DNA from: a candidate division WOR-3 bacterium
GTDB taxonomy: Bacteria; Hydrothermota; Tepidihabitantia; SM23-42; JAOAFX01
Length of the DNA stretch: 41,043 bases
Assembly: GCA_037444665.1 (NCBI GenBank)
Contig: JBBILZ010000020.1
Coordinates: 1-41,043, forward strand
Direction of reading: 5' to 3'
Shown: piece after piece, positions 7,723-16,357 of the stretch
Layout of the letters: every line of letters starts with the position of its first letter
How positions within the stretch are numbered: the stretch's first letter is position 1
The notes under the pieces: model-generated
Seen by the model: the letters and a program-made list of their open reading frames with translations, nothing else
Told to the model about the DNA's origin: nothing
The model's database searches: none
Program-made: the position numbers and the translations under genes

Positions 7723-10700
7723 TGGCGTATTTTTTATAAAGGGTCAGAAAATTAAGGGGAAATGATTTCTTTTTTAAGAGTTTTTTATTGGGTATTATCG
7801 ACATCAAATTCTTTTCTTTTAAAAATTTATATGCCTCTTCTTTTTTACCCCGTGCGAGTAAGTAGATAAAATATTCATCACAAAATAAACTCTCCCTCCC
7901 TTTTATAATTTTCTCAACCTCATCTAATTTACCGTAGTATAACAGAAATTTAAGATAACTGTCAGCATACAATTTTGTTGCATTTGCCACATCATCATGC
8001 AGTCTGGCAAAATATTGTGCTTTAGCCTTCTGGTTTAGTAGTATATGAAGTTCAGTCAGCGCCAATAAAACAATGGATTCCCAGTAGGGAAAACTGATTG
8101 TTTGAAAATTTTTAAGGCTCTTTTTGAGGTAATTCTGGGAGATTCCAAAATTTCCTTTTAACATTTCAATCTGCCCAAGCCTTAAGAGTGCTGTCCCTTC
8201 ATCAAACAAATCACCTTCTTTAACGAATTTGAGTGACTGGTGAAAATATTTTTCAGCCCTTAAATACTCCATTTTTTTGAAATAAATCCAGCCAATATTG
8301 TAATAACTTGCTATTAAAGCCCCAAGATGTTTTTTTTGCCGGGCAAGAATTAAAGATTTATGGTACTGTTTGAGCGCCTCACGATTTTTCCCGGTCATAT
8401 CATAATAGATGCCCCATAGTTCAGTTTTTAATAATTTTTCTTTAATATTTAATGGATATTTGTCCAGTACCCTGAGAACTCTTTCCATCTTTGGATACTG
8501 ACTACTCCAGTCATACAGACTGGCAAGCGAAAATAATACTTGTTTTTTAATCGGTTTTATCTTATTAAGCTTTAATAGAATCTGTTCTGCGTCGTAATAG
8601 TCTGATACTCTTATCAAATACAGGGCATTAATAAAGGAACTGAGGTTTTTTGTCTGTGTATCATCATAACTACCCAAATTTTGTATTAATTTTGCAATTT
8701 CACTCTGAAATCCCTGACTATAAAGTTCATCAAATGTGTCAGACCAATATGGTAGTGCCCTATAAGAATTTCCTGCTTCAGTAAAATGCCTGGCGATTTC
8801 ATAAGGACTCCTACCTTCTTGCACAAAAATTTCGCCAATCTGTTTTTCATATTTTTTTCTATGCTTATCAAGGAGCGAATCCAGTATTGCTTCACGAAAT
8901 AAAGCATGCCTGAACTGGAATATGCGGTCATTCTTTAGAATTATGCCTTTATCAATGGTTGATTTAAAGTCTATATTTTTATTACTGAAGAATTTTTTAA
9001 TGGTCTGGTCAGAGAATTCCATACCAATACAGGAACCGATTTCAAGGAGTTTTTTTGCACTGGAGGATAGACTATTGAACTTTGATAATAGAATGGAGTG
9101 TATACTAAAAGGTAATGTGCGTGCATCATCACAGATAGAAAACTTTTTTCCTTTATTAATAATAAATTTTTTTTCCTGCAAATCTTTTATTATTTGTTCA
9201 AAATAGAAAGGGTTTCCCTGAGTGCGTTCCTGCAGAAAATTGAAGAGTTTTTTGTCTGGTTGTGCACCCAGTGTTTCTTCAACGAGGTTCTTTAAATGCT
9301 CCGAAGATAAATTTGCACAACATATTTTTTCTATTTTAAGAGTATCCGCAAATTTTTCACCTTCCTGCCTTGATGAGGCAATAATTATAAATGGTAGTGG
9401 CATCAAATCTTTTAATAACATAAATGATACATCATCTATCCATTGCAGGTCTTCAACAAAGATTATCAAGTTGGACTTTGTTTTGAATAACTTTTTTAAT
9501 AATTCCAGCACTTTAATTTGAGGCAATTGTAGTGAACCATTAAGGTAATTCTTAAGTTCAGGAAATTCGCCTTCAGGAAAGTGTTTAAAAATCTCTTTTA
9601 ATAAAAAGAGCGGTGAAGAAACAGGTAAAAGTGCTACTTCAATAACATTTTTCTGTTTTATCTTTTTCCTCAACTCATAGAGCAACCGTGATTTTCCAGT
9701 TCCCCCATCACCAATAACGCATATACTTTTATTGTTTCTTATAAGACTTAAACCGGTCTTGAATTCTTTTGCCCTGCCCACAAATTTAAAACTGAACCGT
9801 GCAGGATTGAATACACCAGCAACCCTCTCCTGTGGAATATAAATCTCAACCTTTTCTTCTTTACCTTTTAATTTTGTAGCACCTACATATGTAAAATTAA
9901 ATCTATGTTTCAATGCTTGCTGAATCTCTGCTGAGAGATATATACTATTTTCAGGTGCAAGTGCGCATAATCGGGCAGCAATATTGACCGAATCCCCAAG
10001 TACTGCAAATTCTGTAAATTTTTTTGTTTTAATTTCTCCCACAAACACAATACCTGAACTTATTCCCATTTTAAATTTATGGTCCTTAAATTCAGCCCTT
10101 AACCTATTAAAGATATCAATGCAAATCTCTGCCTCTTTTCCAGTAGATTCAGGAAAACCAGCAATGAGCAGTGCCTGGAAACCATCAATGGTGGGAATCC
10201 ATTTTAGTAACTTTATTTTGTCTTTCTGTTCACAGAAGAAAGAGCTTAGCAAATAGACCAGAGCAATATTTTGCGGGACTTTAAAAAACACAATATAAAG
10301 GGGTCTATGCGCAGGAGGATAATCCAGTTTCTGTGAGATACTCGGAAAGTCTGGAAGAGCAGTGCCTTTCTGCAGTGAGCCAGAAAGAATATCTATCTTT
10401 CCTGCAGGGGTCTTTTCTTCTAATAAATTCAGGTCATAGAGCACCTGACCATTAATAAGCAAGTCCTGATAATTATCCGATACCTGTAGCCAATCACCTT
10501 CAATCAGTCCTGATACTGCAACAAATCGGGTCTTAAGGTTATTTTTCTTTAAGATTCTTAGATTTAGAAGTTCTTTACCCAGTATCTTTAATCTTTCTTT
10601 TTCAATATTTCCTGGAAATATTGCATAAAAAGCATCACCAGCGAGTTTAAAAATCCTTCCCTGACATTTTAGAATTCTATTTTCTGCTTCTTTAAAAAAA

Positions 10701-10822
10701 TTTGTAATTATTGCGCTCAGCTCTTCAGTGCCTTTTTTTCCTTTTTTTGCCAGTTGCTCACTCAGTGTAGTAAAACCACCAATATCCTGAATTCCTATCC
10801 AGTAATTGCCTTTAAATTTCAT
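7715..10822 (-). CDS. tandem class III nucleotidyl cyclase + STAND/AAA ATPase + TPR protein
   Basis: C1: QDIGGFTTLSE, FKLAGDA. C2: GISSGIVFVG, GDSVNIAARL, LKGK. FVGR, Walker A GDGGTGKS, Walker B IFVEDLQW, GNPFY, FRHALFRE; C-terminal TPR-like repeats. Confidence 0.9.
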   Translation of the reverse strand: MKFKGNYWIGIQDIGGFTTLSEQLAKKGKKGTEELSAIITNFFKEAENRILKCQGRIFKLAGDAFYAIFPGNIEKERLKILGKELLNLRILKKNNLKTRFVAVSGLIEGDWLQVSDNYQDLLINGQVLYDLNLLEEKTPAGKIDILSGSLQKGTALPDFPSISQKLDYPPAHRPLYIVFFKVPQNIALVYLLSSFFCEQKDKIKLLKWIPTIDGFQALLIAGFPESTGKEAEICIDIFNRLRAEFKDHKFKMGISSGIVFVGEIKTKKFTEFAVLGDSVNIAARLCALAPENSIYLSAEIQQALKHRFNFTYVGATKLKGKEEKVEIYIPQERVAGVFNPARFSFKFVGRAKEFKTGLSLIRNNKSICVIGDGGTGKSRLLYELRKKIKQKNVIEVALLPVSSPLFLLKEIFKHFPEGEFPELKNYLNGSLQLPQIKVLELLKKLFKTKSNLIIFVEDLQWIDDVSFMLLKDLMPLPFIIIASSRQEGEKFADTLKIEKICCANLSSEHLKNLVEETLGAQPDKKLFNFLQERTQGNPFYFEQIIKDLQEKKFIINKGKKFSICDDARTLPFSIHSILLSKFNSLSSSAKKLLEIGSCIGMEFSDQTIKKFFSNKNIDFKSTIDKGIILKNDRIFQFRHALFREAILDSLLDKHRKKYEKQIGEIFVQEGRSPYEIARHFTEAGNSYRALPYWSDTFDELYSQGFQSEIAKLIQNLGSYDDTQTKNLSSFINALYLIRVSDYYDAEQILLKLNKIKPIKKQVLFSLASLYDWSSQYPKMERVLRVLDKYPLNIKEKLLKTELWGIYYDMTGKNREALKQYHKSLILARQKKHLGALIASYYNIGWIYFKKMEYLRAEKYFHQSLKFVKEGDLFDEGTALLRLGQIEMLKGNFGISQNYLKKSLKNFQTISFPYWESIVLLALTELHILLNQKAKAQYFARLHDDVANATKLYADSYLKFLLYYGKLDEVEKIIKGRESLFCDEYFIYLLARGKKEEAYKFLKEKNLMSIIPNKKLLKKKSFPLNFLTLYKKYANG

Positions 10823-10873
10823 ATTTAAGGTTTCTGCCCCCAGAGAAAATTTAATTTGATTATAAGATTATAA

Positions 10874-11959
10874 TCAAATAGTTTGGGAAGCGATCAATTC
10901 TTCTGTTTCAATATTTGAACTGCACAGCACCCGGGAGACCTGCGCATCCCTGAAATATCGCTCAACCGGATAGTCCTTCATATAACCATAGCCACCATAG
11001 ACCTGAATGGCATTGGTTGTGATCTCTGCAACAGCCTGGTTGCTGAAATACCGTGCAATCGCTGCACCACGAACAAAGTCTTTACCACTATCTCTGATAC
11101 TGGCTGAATCGTATACCAAAAGCCGCATTGCCTCAATCTTTGTTGCCATATCCGCAATGAGCTCGCGCACCATACCAAAATTGATGATGGGTGTGCTAAA
11201 TTGAACCCTTTCTTTTGCATATTTTATCGCATTCTCCATTGCTGCCTGGCAAATACCAAGATTAATTGCCGCAAATGCTAAATTTGCAAATGATGTAATC
11301 TCTTTTAGAATTTCGTTTCCAGCGCCAGGTATAAGGTTCTGCTTTGAGATTATACAGTTATCAAATTCCACCTGGGTAATGCCACTGGCATGCATTCCAA
11401 TGATATTATCCTTTTTATTCCTTTTCACATTAGCATTATTCCCATCAATAACCAAACCATTCAATGAGCCATTGCTCTCTAAAAAAGTTATAAATGGTCC
11501 ATTGGCTACACCGTTCAATAAAATATGATTTTTGCCGTTAATTACAAGGGCATCGGTATTCTCTGATGTTTTGACTTCATTGGTTCCAACCTCAGCAAAT
11601 CCACCAATGATCTCACCTGTAGCAGCTCTGGGAAGATACAATTTTTTCTGTGCATCATTGCCAAACTTTGCGAGCGGATAAGAGAATAGAACATTATGGG
11701 TTGCAATGACCAGGGCAGTTGAAGGACAGACTTTACTGATCTCTTCAAAACAGACAAGCAATGAAATGGTATCAAGGGCACAACCACCAAAGGATTCAGG
11801 GATTGTTCCACCGAGAATACCCATTTCTGCAAGTCTTTTAATATTTTCAACCGGGAAGATACCCTGTTTGTCAAATTCATCAACCTTCTCTGCAATTACA
11901 TCCTTTGCAAATTTTTTAATCTCATTCTGTAATAATACTATTTCTTTATTAAATTCCAT
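10874..11959 (-). CDS. acyl-CoA dehydrogenase family protein, probably non-catalytic subunit
   Basis: ACAD fold with KERVQF and AIQVYGGYGYMKDYPVERYFRDA, but no IYEGT catalytic motif and no LTEP..GSD. Confidence 0.9.
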   Translation of the reverse strand: MEFNKEIVLLQNEIKKFAKDVIAEKVDEFDKQGIFPVENIKRLAEMGILGGTIPESFGGCALDTISLLVCFEEISKVCPSTALVIATHNVLFSYPLAKFGNDAQKKLYLPRAATGEIIGGFAEVGTNEVKTSENTDALVINGKNHILLNGVANGPFITFLESNGSLNGLVIDGNNANVKRNKKDNIIGMHASGITQVEFDNCIISKQNLIPGAGNEILKEITSFANLAFAAINLGICQAAMENAIKYAKERVQFSTPIINFGMVRELIADMATKIEAMRLLVYDSASIRDSGKDFVRGAAIARYFSNQAVAEITTNAIQVYGGYGYMKDYPVERYFRDAQVSRVLCSSNIETEELIASQTI

Positions 11960-13107
11960 TATTCACTCCTTTTGTAGCCAATTTCACGGATTATTTCTAA
12001 TGCAATCTGGCCACGCTGAATTTGATTTGTGCCTTCGTATATCTGGGTAATCTTGGCATCGCGTAACATCTTTTCTACATTATATTCCCTTAAAACTCCA
12101 TAAGGACCCATAATCTCAATCGCGGTAAGGGTTGATTTCATCGCGATATCTGAGGGAAATAATTTAGAAAATGATGCGGGCTTTGTAGTATTCTTTATCC
12201 CGGCATCAATTGACCGTGCGGCAGCATAGATCAATGCCCGCGCAGATTCAATTTCAGTTGCCATATCAGCAATCCGACGCTGAATGTATTGATTGCCGAG
12301 CAGGTCTTTCTCCGCGCAAAATTTGAGCACTGATTCATAGGCACCCTGGGCAACACCGAGCCCTATTGCGCCAACACCCGGACGTGCACGGTCAAAATTG
12401 CGCATTGTATAAATGAAACCCATACCTTCTCTTCCCATTAAATTCTCTTTCGGCACCTTGCAATCAGAAAAAACAAGTTCGGTCGTAGTTGATGTCCTGA
12501 TGCCAAGTTTATTTTCGTGCTTGCCAAATTCAAATCCAGGCATACCTTTTTCTACAATAAATGCGGAAATGCCCCTTGCCCCGCGTGACTTGTCAGTTGA
12601 GGCAAGGACAACATACACATCTGCAATACTACCATTAGAAATAAATTGCTTTACCCCATTTAAAATATAATAGTCACCATCTTTGCGTGCTGTGGTCTGG
12701 ATATTTGCAACATCACTTCCTGCCTGGGCTTCAGTAAGACCAAAGGCACATAATAGTTCACCACTGGCAATCTTTGGCAAATATTTCTTCTTCTGTTCTT
12801 CAGAGGCAAAATAGATTATCGGTCCTGAACCGAGTGCGCCGACTGCATACGCTGTGGCTACGCCTGCACAGACACGGGCTACCTCTTCGCAGGCAATACT
12901 CATATCCATTATTCTTGCTCCTGTGCCACCATATTCTTTAGGGATGAAGATACGCAGTAATCCTTGTTTTGCCATCAGTTCAACGATTTCGCGTGGAAAT
13001 TCCGCTGTCTTATCCAGTTCATCACGTGCCGGCAGGATTATCTCTTCTGCTATCTTACGAACCTTTTCCTTTAATGCCTTTTCCTCATCATTTAAAAAAT
13101 ATTCCAT
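11959..13107 (-). CDS. acyl-CoA dehydrogenase, catalytic subunit
   Basis: FGLTEAQAGSD, LNGVKQFISNG, KLGIR, RDAKITQIYEGTNQIQR. Confidence 0.95.
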   Translation of the reverse strand: MEYFLNDEEKALKEKVRKIAEEIILPARDELDKTAEFPREIVELMAKQGLLRIFIPKEYGGTGARIMDMSIACEEVARVCAGVATAYAVGALGSGPIIYFASEEQKKKYLPKIASGELLCAFGLTEAQAGSDVANIQTTARKDGDYYILNGVKQFISNGSIADVYVVLASTDKSRGARGISAFIVEKGMPGFEFGKHENKLGIRTSTTTELVFSDCKVPKENLMGREGMGFIYTMRNFDRARPGVGAIGLGVAQGAYESVLKFCAEKDLLGNQYIQRRIADMATEIESARALIYAAARSIDAGIKNTTKPASFSKLFPSDIAMKSTLTAIEIMGPYGVLREYNVEKMLRDAKITQIYEGTNQIQRGQIALEIIREIGYKRSE

Positions 13108-13146
13108 ATACCTCCCTTTCTGTTCCAGTATTCAAAAAGAAAATAT

Positions 13147-13222
13147 ATTTTAATAATTTTTAAATCAAAGTCAAGTAAGGGCTTATTTAGAATCTTGATT
13201 TTATAAAAAAATAGGATAAAAT
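13147..13222. promoter_or_regulatory. divergent sigma70-like promoters: minus TTGACT-N16-TAAAAT (13174..13147) and plus TTGATT-N16-TAAAAT (13195-13222)
   Basis: Read directly. The plus-strand -10 ends 7 nt before the cupin ATG. Confidence 0.6.
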
Positions 13223-13229
13223 TATTATT

Positions 13230-13574
13230 ATGAAGATAAAGAATCTTAATGAGATAAACCCTGAATTGCCCCAGATGCAGGGCACAAAGAATACCACAAT
13301 CCAATGGCTCATAACAAAAAATGATGGTGCAATGCATTATGCAATGCGGGTATTTACGATTGAACCAGGCGGACAGATACCCTTGCATTCACACAGTGAT
13401 ATGGAACACGAAATATTTATTATTGAAGGTGAGGCGGTATTAAATACAGGAGAGGCAGAGATTCCCGTAAAAAAAGGAGATGCCCTATTGGTATTGCCCA
13501 ATGACAAACATGGTTTTACAAATATTTCTACTACACCATTTAAATTTATCTGTGTAATACCCATTCTTAAATAA
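13230..13574 (+). CDS. cupin domain protein
   Basis: EPGGQIPLHSHSDMEHEIFIIEG ... GDALLVLPNDKHGFTN. Confidence 0.92.
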   Translation: MKIKNLNEINPELPQMQGTKNTTIQWLITKNDGAMHYAMRVFTIEPGGQIPLHSHSDMEHEIFIIEGEAVLNTGEAEIPVKKGDALLVLPNDKHGFTNISTTPFKFICVIPILK

Positions 13575-13580
13575 TCAGAT

Positions 13581-14720
13581 GTGAGTAAATTTGATATTAT
13601 TGTTGTCGGTGCTGGACCCGCGGGTAGCAGTGCGGCACTGAGTGCAGTAAAAGAGGGTGTATCAGTTCTACTCCTTGAAGAGCATTCAGTGATTGGTATC
13701 CCCCTGCAATGTGCTGAAGGTTTATCCCGCAGCACAATAAAGGAGTATATTGAAATCAAACCTGAGTGGACTTCAGTAAATCTTACTGGCTCAATTGTGC
13801 GTGGTCCAACTGGTGAAGAATTCAAGATTGAATATCCGAATGTAGGCTGGGTTTTGAATAGAAAAATCTTTGATGCAGAGATAGCAAAGATGGCAGTAGA
13901 AAAAGGTGCAGTGCTCAAGACAAATTCAAAGGTGATTGGAATAGAAAGCAGTAATGTTATTGTAAAAGAAGATAATACAATAAAAAAATACCAATACAAA
14001 TTTCTCATCGGTGCAGATGGTATGGGTTCTAAGGTAGGCAATTGGATGGGCATTGATACAAGATTGGGATTAAATGAGATTGAGGTATGTGCTGAATATC
14101 TGATTGAAAATATAAAAATTTTACCCAATTATACATATCTCATATTTGATGAAAAAATTGCACCAGGTGGTTATGCCTGGATATTTCCCAAATCAGATTA
14201 TTCAGCAAATGTTGGGCTGGGAATCTCTCCGCTGAAAACAAAAAAAAGGGCAAAAGATTATCTTAATGAATGGATAAAGAATGAATTTCCTGAGGGAATA
14301 ATCAAAGAAAAGATTTTTGGTGGTGTGCCAGCAAAAGTTTTGAAAAGATTTTCTGGCAAAAATTTCTTTCTGGTTGGTGATGCAGCAAGATTTACTGACC
14401 CGTTAAGCGGTGCAGGTATTGCCAATGGTATTAAATCCGGGATTATCGCAGGTAGAAATGCAGTTTTAAGAATGAAGCGCAAAAAAGATTTTTTTGAAAA
14501 AGAGATTGAAAAAGAGATTCTTGATGAGGTTAAGTTTCACAAAAAAGTGAGGGATATTTATCTAAAATTAGATGAACAGAACTATAGGAAAATTTTTCAG
14601 ATCGGGAAAAAATTCTTTGCAGATAAAACCATAAATGATATTGATACCCGCGCACTGGTCAGAGAAGTGATTATAAACTTACCCTATCTTCTGCCTCTTA
14701 CCCTGCGTATATTGTTCTGA
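13581..14720 (+). CDS. geranylgeranyl reductase family FAD-dependent oxidoreductase
   Basis: VVGAGPAGS, CAEG, GADG, PGGYAWIFPK (YxWxFP), VGDAA...DPLSGAGI. Confidence 0.9.
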   Translation: MSKFDIIVVGAGPAGSSAALSAVKEGVSVLLLEEHSVIGIPLQCAEGLSRSTIKEYIEIKPEWTSVNLTGSIVRGPTGEEFKIEYPNVGWVLNRKIFDAEIAKMAVEKGAVLKTNSKVIGIESSNVIVKEDNTIKKYQYKFLIGADGMGSKVGNWMGIDTRLGLNEIEVCAEYLIENIKILPNYTYLIFDEKIAPGGYAWIFPKSDYSANVGLGISPLKTKKRAKDYLNEWIKNEFPEGIIKEKIFGGVPAKVLKRFSGKNFFLVGDAARFTDPLSGAGIANGIKSGIIAGRNAVLRMKRKKDFFEKEIEKEILDEVKFHKKVRDIYLKLDEQNYRKIFQIGKKFFADKTINDIDTRALVREVIINLPYLLPLTLRILF

Positions 14721-14739
14721 TATTAAATTCTCTGTAGCA

Positions 14740-15180
14740 CTATTTGAGGGATATATTTACCGGATAACTTATCTCACCAATAACTGTTTTGATATATGCC
14801 TTTGCCTTGATGCTATAGGATGCACTCTTTAATCGCAATGCCTCAACAATAGCCTGTCCAATCTTTGTATACTCAAGGGAAATAGTTGTAGTAAAATTTT
14901 CAGATTTGCCTGCCTGCACTTTCAATCCTTTTCCTGTGGTTCCAGAAAATACATCGGTCTGGTTTACATAGAATGTATAATCAAGTCTATCAAGGACCGC
15001 ATCTATATCATTTGGATTCTGCACCTTCAATGTAAAATCAACCTTTAAATCTGAGAATGTGAAGTCATAAGGATTTGCTGAGAGAAAGGTAAACTTGCAT
15101 TCTTTTATTGCCAGACGTTGTTTTATGGCAGAGCAAGAAGCAATAAGAATGATTGAGCATATAATTATTATTTTATTCAT
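14740..15180 (-). CDS. LEA type 2 / WHy domain lipoprotein
   Basis: Lipobox IASC; LKVQNPNDIDAVLDRLDYTFYVN (NPN motif). Confidence 0.85.
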   Translation of the reverse strand: MNKIIIICSIILIASCSAIKQRLAIKECKFTFLSANPYDFTFSDLKVDFTLKVQNPNDIDAVLDRLDYTFYVNQTDVFSGTTGKGLKVQAGKSENFTTTISLEYTKIGQAIVEALRLKSASYSIKAKAYIKTVIGEISYPVNISLK

Positions 15181-15185
15181 AAAAG

Positions 15186-15213
15186 ATTATATTCAAAACT
15201 ATTGATAAATCAA
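15186..15213 (-). promoter_or_regulatory. sigma70-like promoter TTGATT-N16-TATAAT, 5 nt before the ATG (probably leaderless)
   Basis: Minus strand reads TTGATT tatcaatagttttgaa TATAAT ctttt ATG. Confidence 0.65.
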
Positions 15214-15310
15214 GGATGGTCTCTGGTTATAGTGCATGGTTTATGGTCAGGGCAATAATACAAGACCAAAGAATTTTCGGCCAACCCCAAGGATTGTTCC
15301 GTTCCCGGCT

Positions 15311-15333
15311 GTAGTTGCCCGATTTATCGGGCA
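15311..15333 (+). repeat. REP-like palindrome (GTAG family)
   Basis: GTAG-T-TGCCCGAT-TT-ATCGGGCA: GTAG tetranucleotide followed by a perfect 8-bp hairpin. Confidence 0.55.
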
Positions 15334-15359
15334 GAAATTTTTTAATCTAAAAAAATAAA

Positions 15360-15382
15360 AAAGGGGAGCATTGCTCCCCTTT
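15360..15382 (-). terminator. intrinsic terminator of 15400..16143
   Basis: AAAGGGGAGCA-T-TGCTCCCCTTT hairpin followed by a long T tract on the minus strand. Confidence 0.85.
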
Positions 15383-15399
15383 AGTAAAGAGCAAAATAT

Positions 15400-16143
15400 T
15401 TATGCTGCTGGTTTTGCAAGTTTGAAGTAGTGTTTTACCTTCCAGCCTTCACTCAAGAGGATGAAGTATCCGTCATAACCCTCTGGGTCTGGTTCAGCAA
15501 AGAATTCATACTTTACAAAGATGGTCTGGTCAAACTTTGCCCAGTTCTCTTCGGTTGTGCCTGAACCATTTTCAGCAAAACGGAACTGAGCAGATAGCCT
15601 AATATCTGATGAAGTCGTAATATCAATTGCTGCCTGTTCAGTGATTGTGCTATTATCAAATGTGTATCTGTACCAGGTGGTATTCCAGTTCCATTTAAAA
15701 TCGCCTGTGACATGGGTTGTATCAGGAATTCCAACTACGGCACGGAACCAAATCTCTCTATTATCCGCAAGCAAGCCAATATCCATCTGGGTAATGGTGC
15801 TGTCCTGATAAAGGGTATCCCAGATATCGGGTGTGAACATAAGATAGATATGGCCTGAATCAATGGTTACACCCTGGCTATCAACCGGGAATTTAATGGT
15901 CCAGCGATAGTATAAGTCTGCCCATTCATCAGGAACATCAAAAGTATCCGGTCCTTCCCAGAGTGGTGGTGCATTCAAGAATGAATTGCTGTATGCATCA
16001 ACATCGGTCATAATGCCGAGCATGGTCAAGCCCTGAACAAGATTCTGTGCCTCATACAGTTCGTTCTCATCAGTCTTTTTACCGCATCCAACAAACACTA
16101 ATGCCAGCAACATAATCCCTGCAACAACGAGTTTTGGCTTCAT
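15400..16143 (-). CDS. hypothetical lipoprotein
   Basis: MKPKLVVAGIMLLALVFVGC lipobox, RBS AGGAGG; acidic, aromatic-rich and probably beta-rich; no family recognised. Confidence 0.85.
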   Translation of the reverse strand: MKPKLVVAGIMLLALVFVGCGKKTDENELYEAQNLVQGLTMLGIMTDVDAYSNSFLNAPPLWEGPDTFDVPDEWADLYYRWTIKFPVDSQGVTIDSGHIYLMFTPDIWDTLYQDSTITQMDIGLLADNREIWFRAVVGIPDTTHVTGDFKWNWNTTWYRYTFDNSTITEQAAIDITTSSDIRLSAQFRFAENGSGTTEENWAKFDQTIFVKYEFFAEPDPEGYDGYFILLSEGWKVKHYFKLAKPAA

Positions 16144-16166
16144 ATTACCTCCTTTTTCTATTATAT

Positions 16167-16194
16167 ATTATAATCCAAATTACTCGTCTGTCAA
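16167..16194 (-). promoter_or_regulatory. consensus sigma70 promoter TTGACA-N16-TATAAT
   Basis: Perfect hexamers upstream of the lipoprotein gene. Confidence 0.75.
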
Positions 16195-16202
16195 TACCTA
16201 AA

Positions 16203-16218
16203 TGCAAATTTTATGCCA
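16203..16218 (-). promoter_or_regulatory. putative sigma54 (-24/-12) promoter
   Basis: Minus strand TGGCAT-AAAAT-TTGCA matches TGGCAC-N5-TTGCW with exact GG-N10-GC spacing. Confidence 0.55.
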
Positions 16219-16314
16219 GGAATAGAAAAGAAAAATATATGAAAAATAATGATTTTAATCGCATTAGTTTTCCATTGTATTATAAAAAAGTGTAAACTAT
16301 TTAAAAAAAAGATA

Positions 16315-16342
16315 ACAGAAGGGGCATAAATGCCCCTTCTGT
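16315..16342 (-). terminator. intrinsic terminator of 16358..18160
   Basis: ACAGAAGGGGCAT-AA-ATGCCCCTTCTGT hairpin, T-rich tail on the minus strand. Confidence 0.85.
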
Positions 16343-16357
16343 CTCTGTTCTGATGGA

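Noticed and set aside
13337..14128. 263-aa minus-strand ORF
   Set aside because: Antisense to the well-supported cupin and reductase genes.
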